The notes below the pieces were generated by a model, which made no database searches, was not told where the DNA came from, and saw only the letters and a list, made by a program, of their open reading frames with translations. From Streptosporangiaceae bacterium (GTDB lineage Bacteria > Actinomycetota > Actinomycetes > Streptosporangiales > Streptosporangiaceae), in assembly GCA_050011895.1 (NCBI GenBank), contig JBEKIF010000013.1:27744-91743 (forward strand): 64,000 nt of DNA. Direction: 5' to 3'. The translations under genes were made by a program, and so were the position numbers. Within the stretch, counting starts at the first letter, position 1. The number at the start of each line of letters is the position of its first letter. Positions 55,861 through 64,000 of this stretch are shown piece by piece.

Positions 55861-56512
55861 GCGCCGCTGCCAACGCGCCGCGCCGCCGTGCGGCACGGTC
55901 GGTCAGGCCGGTCATGGTCTGACCGATCGCCGCACCGACGATCGAGCCGGCCACTGCGTCACCCGGGTAATGAACGCCGGTGTGAACGCGGGAATAGGCC
56001 ACTGCCGCGGCGAGGAACCGCAGCGGAAGGGCCAGCCACGGCAGTTCGTGGCCGACCGCGGTCGCGAACGCGAACCCTGACGCCGAGTGCCCGGACGGAA
56101 ACGATCTCGACAGCGGCATCGGCACCTGACGGACGGCCGGAACGCCCAGGCCAGCGCGATCGGGCCGGGGCCGGTCATACAGGGACTTGATCCCGATGTT
56201 GACCAGCGCCGAGGTCAGCCCGATTGTGGTCGTCCCCCTGACCGCCGCGCGCCGCCCGGAGCCGCCACCGACGGCGGCCAGCCCGGCCGCGATGGCCAGC
56301 CAGATGGCCGAACGGTTTGCGGTCTGCGATAGCCGGCGCATCAGGCGATCGAGGACGGGGGTCGGTACCTGAGCGATGGCCTCATAAAGGGCCTGGTCGA
56401 CCGCTCCGAGTTCGCGCAGCACCTCCGCGATCTGAGCACGGGCCTGACGAGTCAAGCGCGGGCCGGCCGTGCTGCCGCTGGCGATGCTTGGTGGTCTGGC
56501 CACGCGCCGCAT
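55838..56512 (-). CDS. PAP2-family (type 2 phosphatidic acid / lipid phosphate) phosphatase
   Basis: The motifs KSLYDRPRP, SFPSGHSASGFAFATAV and RVHTGVHYPGD (KxxxxxxRP / PSGH / SRxxxxxHxxxD) are present. The start is placed at the internal Met (MRRVARPP). Confidence 0.75.
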   Translation of the reverse strand: MRRVARPPSIASGSTAGPRLTRQARAQIAEVLRELGAVDQALYEAIAQVPTPVLDRLMRRLSQTANRSAIWLAIAAGLAAVGGGSGRRAAVRGTTTIGLTSALVNIGIKSLYDRPRPDRAGLGVPAVRQVPMPLSRSFPSGHSASGFAFATAVGHELPWLALPLRFLAAAVAYSRVHTGVHYPGDAVAGSIVGAAIGQTMTGLTDRAARRRGALAAALTRSSWR

Positions 56513-56697
56513 GCTAGCAGCGCTGGCGGCTCTGGCAGCGCCGGCGGCTGCAGCCGCGGCACGGCGACGGCTGCACGGCGACCCGCCGCACGGCGACCTC
56601 CGGCACGTGACCGGCGGCACGGGACCAGCTACACACAGTCAGTGACGTGAAACCGGATATCTAGCGATGCGGACGGGGTACAGACAGATCAACCGGA

Positions 56698-58323
56698 TTG
56701 GTGCGAGAGAGCTGGGGAATGCACAGGGGACCCGGAAGGAACAAGCCGGAAAGCCAGCCAGATCGGCCCACGGCTGTTGAGCGCGCGGCCGCCGCGGTGG
56801 CGCTGCTCGCGCTGGCCGGTGCGCTCGCGCTATTGCTCATCGGCGTGGTCCGTCATTTCGTGGCGGTGATCCTGGCGATGATCGCAATGCTCATCTTCGT
56901 GACGGCGGGGTGGTACGCGGTATCGAGACGCGGCCTGGTCCGCGTCGTCGCGTTCGTCGCGATTGCGGTCGCGGTGGCGGGGTTCATCGCCACGATCGTG
57001 TTCGCGGACATCACTGCCGTTCGGCTAATCGCGGTCATCGTGCTCGCCGCGCTATCTATCGTGGCGGCGCGGCAGGCGCTGAACCGGACCACCAGGGCGC
57101 AGCGGGCCGCCTTGCACCGGCGGCTGAAACCGGCCGCGCGTCCGGCCCACCCGGTTCTGATCATGAACCCGAAGTCGGGTGGCGGGAAGGCCGAGAAGTT
57201 CAGGCTGGCGGAGGAATGCTCGAAACGGGGCATCGAGCCCATCGTGCTCCACCAAGGTGATGACCTGCTGCGGCTGGCTGAGGACGCGATCTCGCGCGGG
57301 GCGGACGCGATCGGCATGGCCGGGGGCGATGGCTCGCAGGCCCTGGTGGCGTCCGTCGCTGCCCGGCGCGGTGTACCGCACGTCTGCGTGCCCGCGGGGA
57401 CCCGGAACCATTTCGCGCTCGACCTCGGCCTGGACCGGGACGACGTGGTGGGCGCGCTCCAGGCGTTCAGTGATGGCGTCGAATGCCAGATAGACCTCAG
57501 CAGCGTCAACGGGCGGATCTTCGTGAACAACGCCTCGCTCGGCCTCTACGCGAAGGTCGTCCAATCACCCGACTACCGGGATGCCAAGGTCAAGACCGCC
57601 GGAACGATGCTTCCGGAGCTGCTCGGTCCCGACGCGGTCCCGCTGGACCTGAAATTCCGCGGGCCCGATGGCACCAGCTACCCGACGGCCCAGCTCATCC
57701 TCGTCTCAAACGACCCTTACCAGCTGGATCAGCCGGGCGGCCGGGGCACGAGGGAGCGGATCGACCTCGGTGTGCTCGGCATCGTCGCGGCCCGGGTAGG
57801 CAACGCCTCGGACGCGCGGCGGTTTGCGGCGCTGCAGGCAGCGGGCCAGCTCCGCCGGTTCCCGGGCTGGATGGAGTGGACCTCGAAGCGGTTCGAGGTT
57901 ACCTCCGGCGGTCCGGTGGAGATCGGCATCGACGGTGAGGCGCTGCTGATGGAACCGCCGCTGATCTTCGAGTCCCTTCCTGGCGCGCTACGGGTCCGGC
58001 TGCCGCGCACCGGCATCAGGCCGTCTCCGGCTGCCAGGGCGGTCCAGATTCTTTCGCGCTCGACAATCGCCCAACTCGGGCGGGTCACCGTCGGCCAGCA
58101 GCCGGACAAGGCAGCCGGACCCGCGGCGGTGAGTCGGCTCCCTGACCCGGATCAGTCAGGACAGCTGGAATCGTCGCCGGCGGACGCCGGCCCGCCCCGG
58201 CAGCTGGACCAGCCCGGCCAGGCGGAGCCGCAGCCAGCGGGCGCTGAGGATGCCGCTCTCCCTGGTCAGCCGGCAGAGCCGGCGTCGCCGCCCGCGGACC
58301 GCGCGCCGGACGGCGGCGCGTAG
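56698..58323 (+). CDS. DAGK_cat-domain lipid kinase (diacylglycerol/sphingosine-kinase-like, YegS/BmrU family) with N-terminal TM helices and a Pro-rich C-terminal tail
   Basis: N-terminal TM helices are present. The kinase core reads VLIMNPKSGGGKAEK...IGMAGGDGSQALV...CVPAGTRNHFA. The last ~80 aa are low-complexity (PADAGPPRQLDQPGQAEPQPAGAED). Confidence 0.7.
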   Translation: MVRESWGMHRGPGRNKPESQPDRPTAVERAAAAVALLALAGALALLLIGVVRHFVAVILAMIAMLIFVTAGWYAVSRRGLVRVVAFVAIAVAVAGFIATIVFADITAVRLIAVIVLAALSIVAARQALNRTTRAQRAALHRRLKPAARPAHPVLIMNPKSGGGKAEKFRLAEECSKRGIEPIVLHQGDDLLRLAEDAISRGADAIGMAGGDGSQALVASVAARRGVPHVCVPAGTRNHFALDLGLDRDDVVGALQAFSDGVECQIDLSSVNGRIFVNNASLGLYAKVVQSPDYRDAKVKTAGTMLPELLGPDAVPLDLKFRGPDGTSYPTAQLILVSNDPYQLDQPGGRGTRERIDLGVLGIVAARVGNASDARRFAALQAAGQLRRFPGWMEWTSKRFEVTSGGPVEIGIDGEALLMEPPLIFESLPGALRVRLPRTGIRPSPAARAVQILSRSTIAQLGRVTVGQQPDKAAGPAAVSRLPDPDQSGQLESSPADAGPPRQLDQPGQAEPQPAGAEDAALPGQPAEPASPPADRAPDGGA

Positions 58324-58353
58324 CGGTCCCGGATTACCCCGACCGGCGGTCGG

Positions 58354-58629
58354 CTAGGCGCGCTGGCTGGTCGTGGCGCCGTCCTGCCAGGCGCTGGTAC
58401 CCGCCGCGGTCGCGGCCTTGGCCTGCTCCCACTTCAGCCTGGCCAGCTCGCTCGGCGGTGCGTCCATCTGCTTGACCCACTTGCGGGTCGCGGCGATCAC
58501 CGTTGAACTGCAGATCGTCAGCCCGATCAGGCCCAGAACCCAGCCCGCCCCGATCAGCGCCGCCCCGAGGATCAGCGATCCCGACCTCAGCTGGAACGTC
58601 GTGCCGGATGACTCTGTGCTGCTACTCAT
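58354..58629 (-). CDS. Small membrane protein (hypothetical)
   Basis: 91 aa with a single hydrophobic stretch, ILGAALIGAGWVLGLIGLTICSSTVIAA. It is intergenic between DAGK and GH15. Coding status is uncertain. Confidence 0.25.
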   Translation of the reverse strand: MSSSTESSGTTFQLRSGSLILGAALIGAGWVLGLIGLTICSSTVIAATRKWVKQMDAPPSELARLKWEQAKAATAAGTSAWQDGATTSQRA

Positions 58630-58902
58630 GTCACCTTCCTTGATCTCGCGATTGCTCGTACTGTCGCCCGCGGCGGGGAGACCGACACCATCCGCGCGGG
58701 GTGATTGGGCCAGCAGCGCCGATGGCGCATCGGTGCGGCAACAGCGGTGCGGCGGGGGCGGCCTGGGTGCGGGCGGCGCGGACGGCGGCGTTCACCGGCG
58801 CGGACGGCGGTGTTCACCCGGCGAGGAGGGTGCGCTGGCTGAGCCAGCCCGGACAGGGTCGAAAGGTGACCGAACATGAGGGCAGTCACAAGGAGGAGAA
58901 AC

Positions 58903-60768
58903 ATGGCCCGCTATCCCAACATCAGCGACCACGGCCTGATCGGCGACCTGCAGACCGCTGCGCTGGTGACCGACGACGGCACGGTGGACTGGTTCTGCAG
59001 CCCCAGGTTCGACTCGCCGAGCATCTTCGCCTCGCTGCTCGACGCCGACAAAGGCGGTCATTTCCGGATCGCGCCCGACCGGGAATGTGCCACCAAGCAG
59101 CTGTATTTCCCGGAGACCGCGATCCTGATCACCAGGTTCATGACCCCGGACGGCGTCGGTGAGGTGCACGACTTCATGCCGATCGTGATGGGGAAGGCCA
59201 CCGACAGGCACCGGCTGGTCCGCCAGCTGCGGGTAGCCAGGGGCACGATGCGGTTCCAGATGGACCTGCAGCCGAGGTTCGACTACGGGCGGGCCCAGCA
59301 CACCATCGACGTCACCGAGAACGGCGCGGTGTTCCGGGCCGGTGACGGTCAGGAGCTCACCCTGCACACGATCGGCAAGCGCGGCCCAGGCAAGGATGAC
59401 CAGACCAGGCTGAAGCGGCACGGCAAGGGCCTGCAGGCGTCCTGGACGCTGCACGAGGGCGAGACCACCGGCGTGGTGATCGAGACGATGGGCGGCCAGC
59501 CCCAGCGGCTGCCGCCTGCTGAGCTGGCCCGGCTGGCCGACGACACCGCCGCCGCCTGGCGGTTGTGGCTGAAGCGCTCGACCTACACCGGCCGGTGGCG
59601 GGAGATGGTCACCCGGTCCGCGATGACCCTGAAGCTGCTGACCTACGCGCCGACCGGGGCGCCGATCGCCGCGGCCACGATGGGCCTGCCCGAGCAGGTC
59701 GGCGGTGAGCGCAACTGGGACTATCGCTACACCTGGATCAGGGACGCCTCGTTCTCCATCTACGCCCTGCTCGGGCTCGGCTACCAGGAAGAGGCCGCGG
59801 CGTTCGGTTTCTGGATGCGGGAGCGGGCCACCGAGCAGGCGGGCAACGGCTCGGGGCCGCTGAAGATCATGTACCGGGTGGACGGCTCGTCCGATCTCAC
59901 CGAGGAGACCCTCGACCACCTGGAGGGCTGGCGCGGCTCACGGCCGATCAGGCTCGGCAACGGCGCGGCCGACCAGCTCCAGCTCGACATCTACGGCGAG
60001 GCGCTCGACGCGATGTTCCTGGCCGACAGCAACGGCCTGCAGATGGCGCACCAGGGCTGGCTGGCGATCAGGGACATGATCGAGTGGCTCTGCGAGCACT
60101 GGGACCAGCCCGACGAGGGCATCTGGGAAACCCGCGGCGGCCGCAAGGACTTCACCTACGGCAGGTTCCAGTGCTGGGTGGCCATGGACCGGGCGATCCG
60201 GCTGGCCGGGCGCCACGGCCGGCCTGCCGACGTCAACCGGTGGACCACCGAGCGGGACCTGATCTACGAGCAGATCATGAAGCGCGGCTGGAACCCGAAG
60301 GTCGGCGGCTTCACCCAGCATTACCAGACCGACGTGCTCGACTCCTCGCTGCTGCTGATGCCGCTGATGGGCTTCGTGGCGCCCCGAGACCCGATGTGGC
60401 TATCCACGCTCGATGCGATGAACCGGGAGCTGGTCTCCGACAGCCTCGTGTACCGGTACAACCCGGGCGCCTCGCCCGACGGGCTCCGGGGGAGCGAGGG
60501 CACCTTCTCGCTCTGCACGTTCTGGTACGTCGACGCGCTGGCCAGGGCGGGACGGCTGGAGGAGGCGGGCCTGGTCTTCGAGAAGATGCACACCTACGCC
60601 AACCACCTCGGGCTGTACTCGGAGGAGATCAGCCAGACCGGCGAGCAGCTGGGCAACTTCCCGCAGGCGTTCAGCCACCTGTCGCTGATCAACGCCGCGA
60701 TCAACCTCGACTACCAGATGGACCACGGCGCCGGCTCGGTCGAACAGGTGCTGTCCCAGGGGCGCTAG
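58903..60768 (+). CDS. Glycoside hydrolase family 15 (trehalase/glucoamylase-like, mycobacterial TreH-type), paralog 1
   Basis: N-terminal beta-sandwich YALIGDLxTAALV..DGxIDWxCxPRFDS and (alpha/alpha)6 catalytic region (WDYRYTWIRDASFS, FPQAFSHLSLINAA). The start is set at MARYPNISDHGLIGD. Confidence 0.75.
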   Translation: MARYPNISDHGLIGDLQTAALVTDDGTVDWFCSPRFDSPSIFASLLDADKGGHFRIAPDRECATKQLYFPETAILITRFMTPDGVGEVHDFMPIVMGKATDRHRLVRQLRVARGTMRFQMDLQPRFDYGRAQHTIDVTENGAVFRAGDGQELTLHTIGKRGPGKDDQTRLKRHGKGLQASWTLHEGETTGVVIETMGGQPQRLPPAELARLADDTAAAWRLWLKRSTYTGRWREMVTRSAMTLKLLTYAPTGAPIAAATMGLPEQVGGERNWDYRYTWIRDASFSIYALLGLGYQEEAAAFGFWMRERATEQAGNGSGPLKIMYRVDGSSDLTEETLDHLEGWRGSRPIRLGNGAADQLQLDIYGEALDAMFLADSNGLQMAHQGWLAIRDMIEWLCEHWDQPDEGIWETRGGRKDFTYGRFQCWVAMDRAIRLAGRHGRPADVNRWTTERDLIYEQIMKRGWNPKVGGFTQHYQTDVLDSSLLLMPLMGFVAPRDPMWLSTLDAMNRELVSDSLVYRYNPGASPDGLRGSEGTFSLCTFWYVDALARAGRLEEAGLVFEKMHTYANHLGLYSEEISQTGEQLGNFPQAFSHLSLINAAINLDYQMDHGAGSVEQVLSQGR

Positions 60769-60860
60769 GCGGCCGTTCACCCGGGCCGGGTGATGCCGCG
60801 GCCGCCCAGAGCGCCGATCGTGCTGTCTGCCAGGAGCTGGCGGGCCCGGCCCGCCGCAGT

Positions 60861-61367
60861 ATGAGCGGAGATGTGATGGCGGCCCTGACGGTTTGGAAAT
60901 TCAGCTCGCCGGCGGGCGCCGACGAGGCGCTTGACACCCTCGGCAGGCTGCAGAACCAGCAGCTCGTCCGGGTGCATGACGCGGCCGTGGTGAGCTGGCC
61001 AGCGGGCGCGAGTAAGCCGGCCACTCACGAGATGCACAGCGCGAAGGGCGCGGGAGCGCTCGGCGGCGGGTTCTGGGGGCTGCTGTTCGGGCTCATCTTC
61101 TTCGTCCCGCTCCTCGGGCTCGCGATCGGCGCGGCGAGCGGGGCAATTCTCGGGTCGATGAAGGACGTCGGCATCAGCGAGACGTTCATCTCCGAGGTAC
61201 GCGACAAGGTGACCCCGGGGACGTCCGCGCTGTTCGCCTTCACCTCGGACGCTGTTCCCGACCGGGTGGCCGAGGCATTCAGCCAGACGCGTCCGGAGCT
61301 GATCAGGACCAGCCTGTCGGCCGATCAGGAAGCCAAGCTGCGCGAGGTATTCAGCCAGGAAGGCTGA
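60861..61367 (+). CDS. DUF1269-like membrane protein (general-stress-type, Gly-zipper TM pair)
   Basis: MSGDVMAALTVWKFSSPAGADEALDTL..., then a hydrophobic GGGFWGLLFGLIFFVPLLGLAIGAASGAILG. The ATG at 60861 is internal to track ORF 60084..61367, whose N-terminal part is a shadow of the GH15 gene. Confidence 0.6.
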   Translation: MSGDVMAALTVWKFSSPAGADEALDTLGRLQNQQLVRVHDAAVVSWPAGASKPATHEMHSAKGAGALGGGFWGLLFGLIFFVPLLGLAIGAASGAILGSMKDVGISETFISEVRDKVTPGTSALFAFTSDAVPDRVAEAFSQTRPELIRTSLSADQEAKLREVFSQEG

Positions 61368-61369
61368 CG

Positions 61370-61460
61370 CCGGGGCGGCGCCCGCACCTGCGGGGCTGGC
61401 GTCCGCACAGGCGGGGCTGGCGTCCGCACCTGCGGGTCTGGCGCCCTCACCTGCGGGGGG
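61370..61460. repeat. Intergenic ~20-bp tandem repeat x4 (ctggcgtccgcacctgcgggg variants)
   Basis: Read directly: ggctggcgtccgcacaggcggggctggcgtccgcacctgcgggtctggcgccctcacctgcgggggg. Confidence 0.6.
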
Positions 61461-61579
61461 TGAGGACGGCCCGGCCTGGTCTGGCGCAGACTGCGGAAAG
61501 CAGCGAGGATCCGGCAGGCCACCGCTGACCGGCCGGGCTCCTGCTCCGCGGCGGCCGCCAGGCTCGGGGAGGCTCGCGA

Positions 61580-63412
61580 ATGTCCCGCATGATCGAGGAT
61601 TACGCGCTCATCGGCGACCTTCACACAGCCGCGCTGGTAGCCAGGGATGGCTCGATCGACTGGCTGTGCCTGCCGAGGTTCGACTCGAAGGCGTGCTTCG
61701 CGGCGCTGCTCGGCGAGGACAGGCACGGGCACTGGCGGATCGCGCCGTCCGAGGCGGGCGCCCGGGTCAGCCGGCGCTACCTGCCGGACACGCTGATCCT
61801 CGAGACCGAGTTCGGCACCGGCTCAGGCGAGGTCAGGCTCACCGACTGCATGCCGCCCCGCTGCGGCGATCCGGTCCTGGTACGGATGATCGAGGGCGTC
61901 AGCGGCAGCGTCGAGGTGCGGATGACACTCGGGGCGCGGTTCGAGTACGGGTCGGCCCAGCCGAGGATCCAGCGCCGGGACGGCGCGCACTGCATCCTCG
62001 CGGGCTCGGAGACGCTCTGGCTGTTCGGGCCGGTTCAGCTGCGGAGCCGGCGGGGCGTCGCGGTGGCCGAATTCTCGGTCAGCGAGGGCGACCAGGTGCC
62101 GCTGGCCGCCGTCTGGCGGTCAGCGCGGGTGACCGCGCCCGCGGCGCCGTTTGTCCCCGCCGTGCTCGAGCAGGCCGAGCGGTGGTGGACCCGGTGGGTC
62201 GGCGGCCTCGACTGCGGCGGGGAATGGCGCGAAGCGGTGACCCGCTCGCTGATCACCGTCAAGGCGCTGACGTTCGCCCCGACCGGCGGCGTGGTCGCGG
62301 CGCCCACGTCCTCGCTGCCCCAGCAGGCGTCGGGTGCCCGCAACTGGGACTACCGGTACTGCTGGCTGCGGGACGCGGCCGCTGCCCTGCCGGTGCTGCT
62401 GAGCAGCGGGGCGCTCGGCGAGGCGAGCGCGCTGCTGCGGTTCGTCACGAACGCGTCCGCCGGGCTGCCGTCGCAGGTGCAGGGCCTGTACGGGATCGAC
62501 GGCCGCCGGTGGCTGCCGGAGATCGAGCTGGACTGGCTGCCCGGTTACGAGGGCGCGCAACCGGTCCGGGCCGGGAATGCCGCCGCCGCCCAGCGGCAGC
62601 TCGCCGCCTTCGGCGAGGTCATGACGGCGCGGCTGGCCGCCCGGATGGCGGGGATGCCAGGCGCCATCGACCCGTGGGAGCAGGAGGAGGTGCTCGGCTT
62701 CCTCGAGGCCGCCTGGCGTGAGCCTGATCCGGGAAACTGGGAAGTACGCGGCCCGCCGCGGCAGTTCGTCTACTCCAAGGTCATGGTCTGGGCGGCCGCT
62801 GACGCGGCGGTCAAGATGATCGAGCGGTTCGGCGATGCCGGGCCCGCCGACCGATGGCGCAGGCTGCGCGCCGAGGTGCGCTCCGACGTGCTGGAGCAGG
62901 GCTATGACGCCAGCGGTGAGACGTTCGTTCAGCACTATTCGGGAACCCGCGTCGACGCCAGCCTGCTGCGCCTGGCCCAGCTCGGTTTCCTGCCGCCGAG
63001 CGATCAGCGGATGACCGGCACGGTCGCGGCGATCGCGCGGCAGCTGGACCGGGGCGGGGTTCTGCTGCGTTACCAGCAGGACCCGGCGGACAGCCTGGAC
63101 GGCCTCCCGCCCGGTGCCGGCGGTTACGTCCCTGCCACCTTCTGGCTGGCGCAGTGTTACGCCCAGATGGGCCGGGCGGGCGAGGCCCGCCGGGCTTTCG
63201 CTGGCGGCCTTGAGCTGCGCAACGATGTGGGCCTGCTGCCGGAAGAGTATGACCCGCTGCGCAGGCGGTTCGCCGGGAACTTCCCGCTGACCGCCAGCCA
63301 CGCCGCGGCCGCCGCGACCGCCGCGGCGCTGGATTCGATGGACTCCACGGCCGGCGCGGCTAGGTTCACCCGCGCCGGGCGACGCGCTCGTCTTCCCACT
63401 TGGACACCGTGA
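61580..63412 (+). CDS. Glycoside hydrolase family 15 (trehalase/glucoamylase-like), paralog 2
   Basis: Has the same N-terminal signature (YALIGDLHTAALVARDGSIDWLCLPRFDS) and WDYRYCWLRDAA. It is ~610 aa and diverged from paralog 1. Confidence 0.75.
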   Translation: MSRMIEDYALIGDLHTAALVARDGSIDWLCLPRFDSKACFAALLGEDRHGHWRIAPSEAGARVSRRYLPDTLILETEFGTGSGEVRLTDCMPPRCGDPVLVRMIEGVSGSVEVRMTLGARFEYGSAQPRIQRRDGAHCILAGSETLWLFGPVQLRSRRGVAVAEFSVSEGDQVPLAAVWRSARVTAPAAPFVPAVLEQAERWWTRWVGGLDCGGEWREAVTRSLITVKALTFAPTGGVVAAPTSSLPQQASGARNWDYRYCWLRDAAAALPVLLSSGALGEASALLRFVTNASAGLPSQVQGLYGIDGRRWLPEIELDWLPGYEGAQPVRAGNAAAAQRQLAAFGEVMTARLAARMAGMPGAIDPWEQEEVLGFLEAAWREPDPGNWEVRGPPRQFVYSKVMVWAAADAAVKMIERFGDAGPADRWRRLRAEVRSDVLEQGYDASGETFVQHYSGTRVDASLLRLAQLGFLPPSDQRMTGTVAAIARQLDRGGVLLRYQQDPADSLDGLPPGAGGYVPATFWLAQCYAQMGRAGEARRAFAGGLELRNDVGLLPEEYDPLRRRFAGNFPLTASHAAAAATAAALDSMDSTAGAARFTRAGRRARLPTWTP

Positions 63413-63492
63413 GCACGGGACTGCCCTGCGGATCCAGGGCCGGTACCGGGGAGAGCCCGGGTACCGCGGCGCAGGACGGCAGGAGGTGACCA

Positions 63493-64000
63493 TTGACCGG
63501 CGCGACAAGCGATCGTGAACCCGCTGCGGTGTCGGCCCCGTCGCGCGACGAGCAGACCGAGCTCGAGCAGCTGCGGGCCGAGGTGCGGCGGCTGCGGGCT
63601 GAGGTGACCGAGGTCCGCCAGCCCGGCCCGGCCGCGGGCGCCGGCCAGGGCGACGGCGACGGGACGGCCGGGCGCAAGCGGCAGGTCAGCTGGCGGTCTC
63701 CGGTGTCCGCCGTGCTCATCGTGGTGGGCTGCGTGCTCGCGCCACTCGCGGTGCTGGCGGTCTGGGCCGCCAACCAGGTCTCCAATACCAGCAGATATGT
63801 GGCAAACGTGGCGCCGCTTATTCACCAGCCCGCGATCCAGGGGGCACTGACCGACAAGATCACGCCGCAGATCACCGGCAGGCTGAACGTGCAGGGCCTC
63901 ACCAATCAGGTGGCGACCGAGCTGGGCAGCCGCGGCCTGCCCAGGGTCGCCACCCTGTTGCACAGCTTCTCCGGCTCGATCGCCAGCAGCGTGGCGGGTC
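63493..64000 (+). CDS. Partial CDS (5' end only): membrane protein with an N-terminal coiled-coil
   Basis: The RBS AGGAGG (63481-63486) is followed at 6-nt spacing by a TTG. The open frame runs to the window end (..ELEQLRAEVRRLRAEVTEV.., TM VLIVVGCVLAPLAVLAVW). It is not in the ORF track because it is unterminated. Confidence 0.35.
   Translation, partial: MTGATSDREPAAVSAPSRDEQTELEQLRAEVRRLRAEVTEVRQPGPAAGAGQGDGDGTAGRKRQVSWRSPVSAVLIVVGCVLAPLAVLAVWAANQVSNTSRYVANVAPLIHQPAIQGALTDKITPQITGRLNVQGLTNQVATELGSRGLPRVATLLHSFSGSIASSVAG

Overview
This 64 kb window is about 72% GC and comes from an actinomycete chromosome (not a plasmid or phage). The Streptomyces-like gene order suggests a Streptosporangiales, Frankia or Streptomyces relative. 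All calls rest on motif-level reading of the six-frame ORF track plus nucleotide inspection; no searches were run.

Gene content, left to right:
- **300-1700:** a repeat-dense, largely non-coding block. Two GC-rich tandem arrays flank an AT-rich 21-bp inverted-repeat stem-loop.
- **2047-7142:** a membrane PP2C/SpoIIE phosphatase lies convergent to a four-gene conservon-like signalling operon (cvnD-cvnC-cvnB-cvnA on the minus strand).
- **7143-7990:** an AT-rich promoter gap and a 23-bp x ~6 tandem repeat separate the conservon from the hopanoid cluster.
- **7990-17338:** a hopanoid biosynthesis cluster in Streptomyces-like order: hpnC, hpnD, hpnE, a polyprenyl diphosphate synthase, squalene-hopene cyclase, a single 515-aa ORF that fuses an HpnG-like nucleosidase in frame to IspH, and hpnH.
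- **17384-25201:** three tandem paralogous GT-C (PMT/ArnT-like) membrane glycosyltransferases follow the cluster, then an FtsX-type permease and an ABC ATPase.
- **25256-39724:** miscellaneous chromosomal genes:
  - a PAS/GAF-PP2C-HATPase regulator
  - an FAD monooxygenase
  - a ribokinase
  - a siderophore-interacting reductase
  - an NfeD-SPFH/flotillin pair
  - two secreted beta-trefoil lectin-like paralogs
  - an MBL-fold hydrolase
  - a HAD hydrolase
  - a CbbX-like AAA+ ATPase
  - a RibD_C/DHFR-like protein
  - a frameshifted SnoaL-like gene
- **39750-46400:** a decayed integrative element:
  - 21-bp iteron-like direct repeats
  - a palindromic promoter/operator
  - two convergent paralogous 2-TM mini-proteins
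  - an N-terminally truncated tyrosine integrase
  - tRNA-Gly(TCC) and tRNA-Pro(TGG)
  - an IS5-family transposase remnant
  - two methyltransferases and an ABM monooxygenase
- **46433-52284:** a minus-strand operon: HAS-like processive GT2, a membrane-anchored beta-helix protein, a beta-helix lipoprotein and UDP-glucose 6-dehydrogenase. This is the strongest candidate for an uncharacterised system, probably a glucuronate-containing exopolysaccharide.
- **52637-64000:**
  - a TLGYGD K+ channel
  - a DUF2252 protein with a histone-H1-like repeat tail
  - PAP2 and DAGK-like lipid enzymes
  - two GH15 paralogs flanking a DUF1269 membrane protein
  - a partial ORF at the window end

A pervasive feature is short GC-rich tandem repeats inserted in frame in many genes and in intergenic regions. 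Many long ORFs on the opposite strand of real genes are GC-driven shadow ORFs and were not called.
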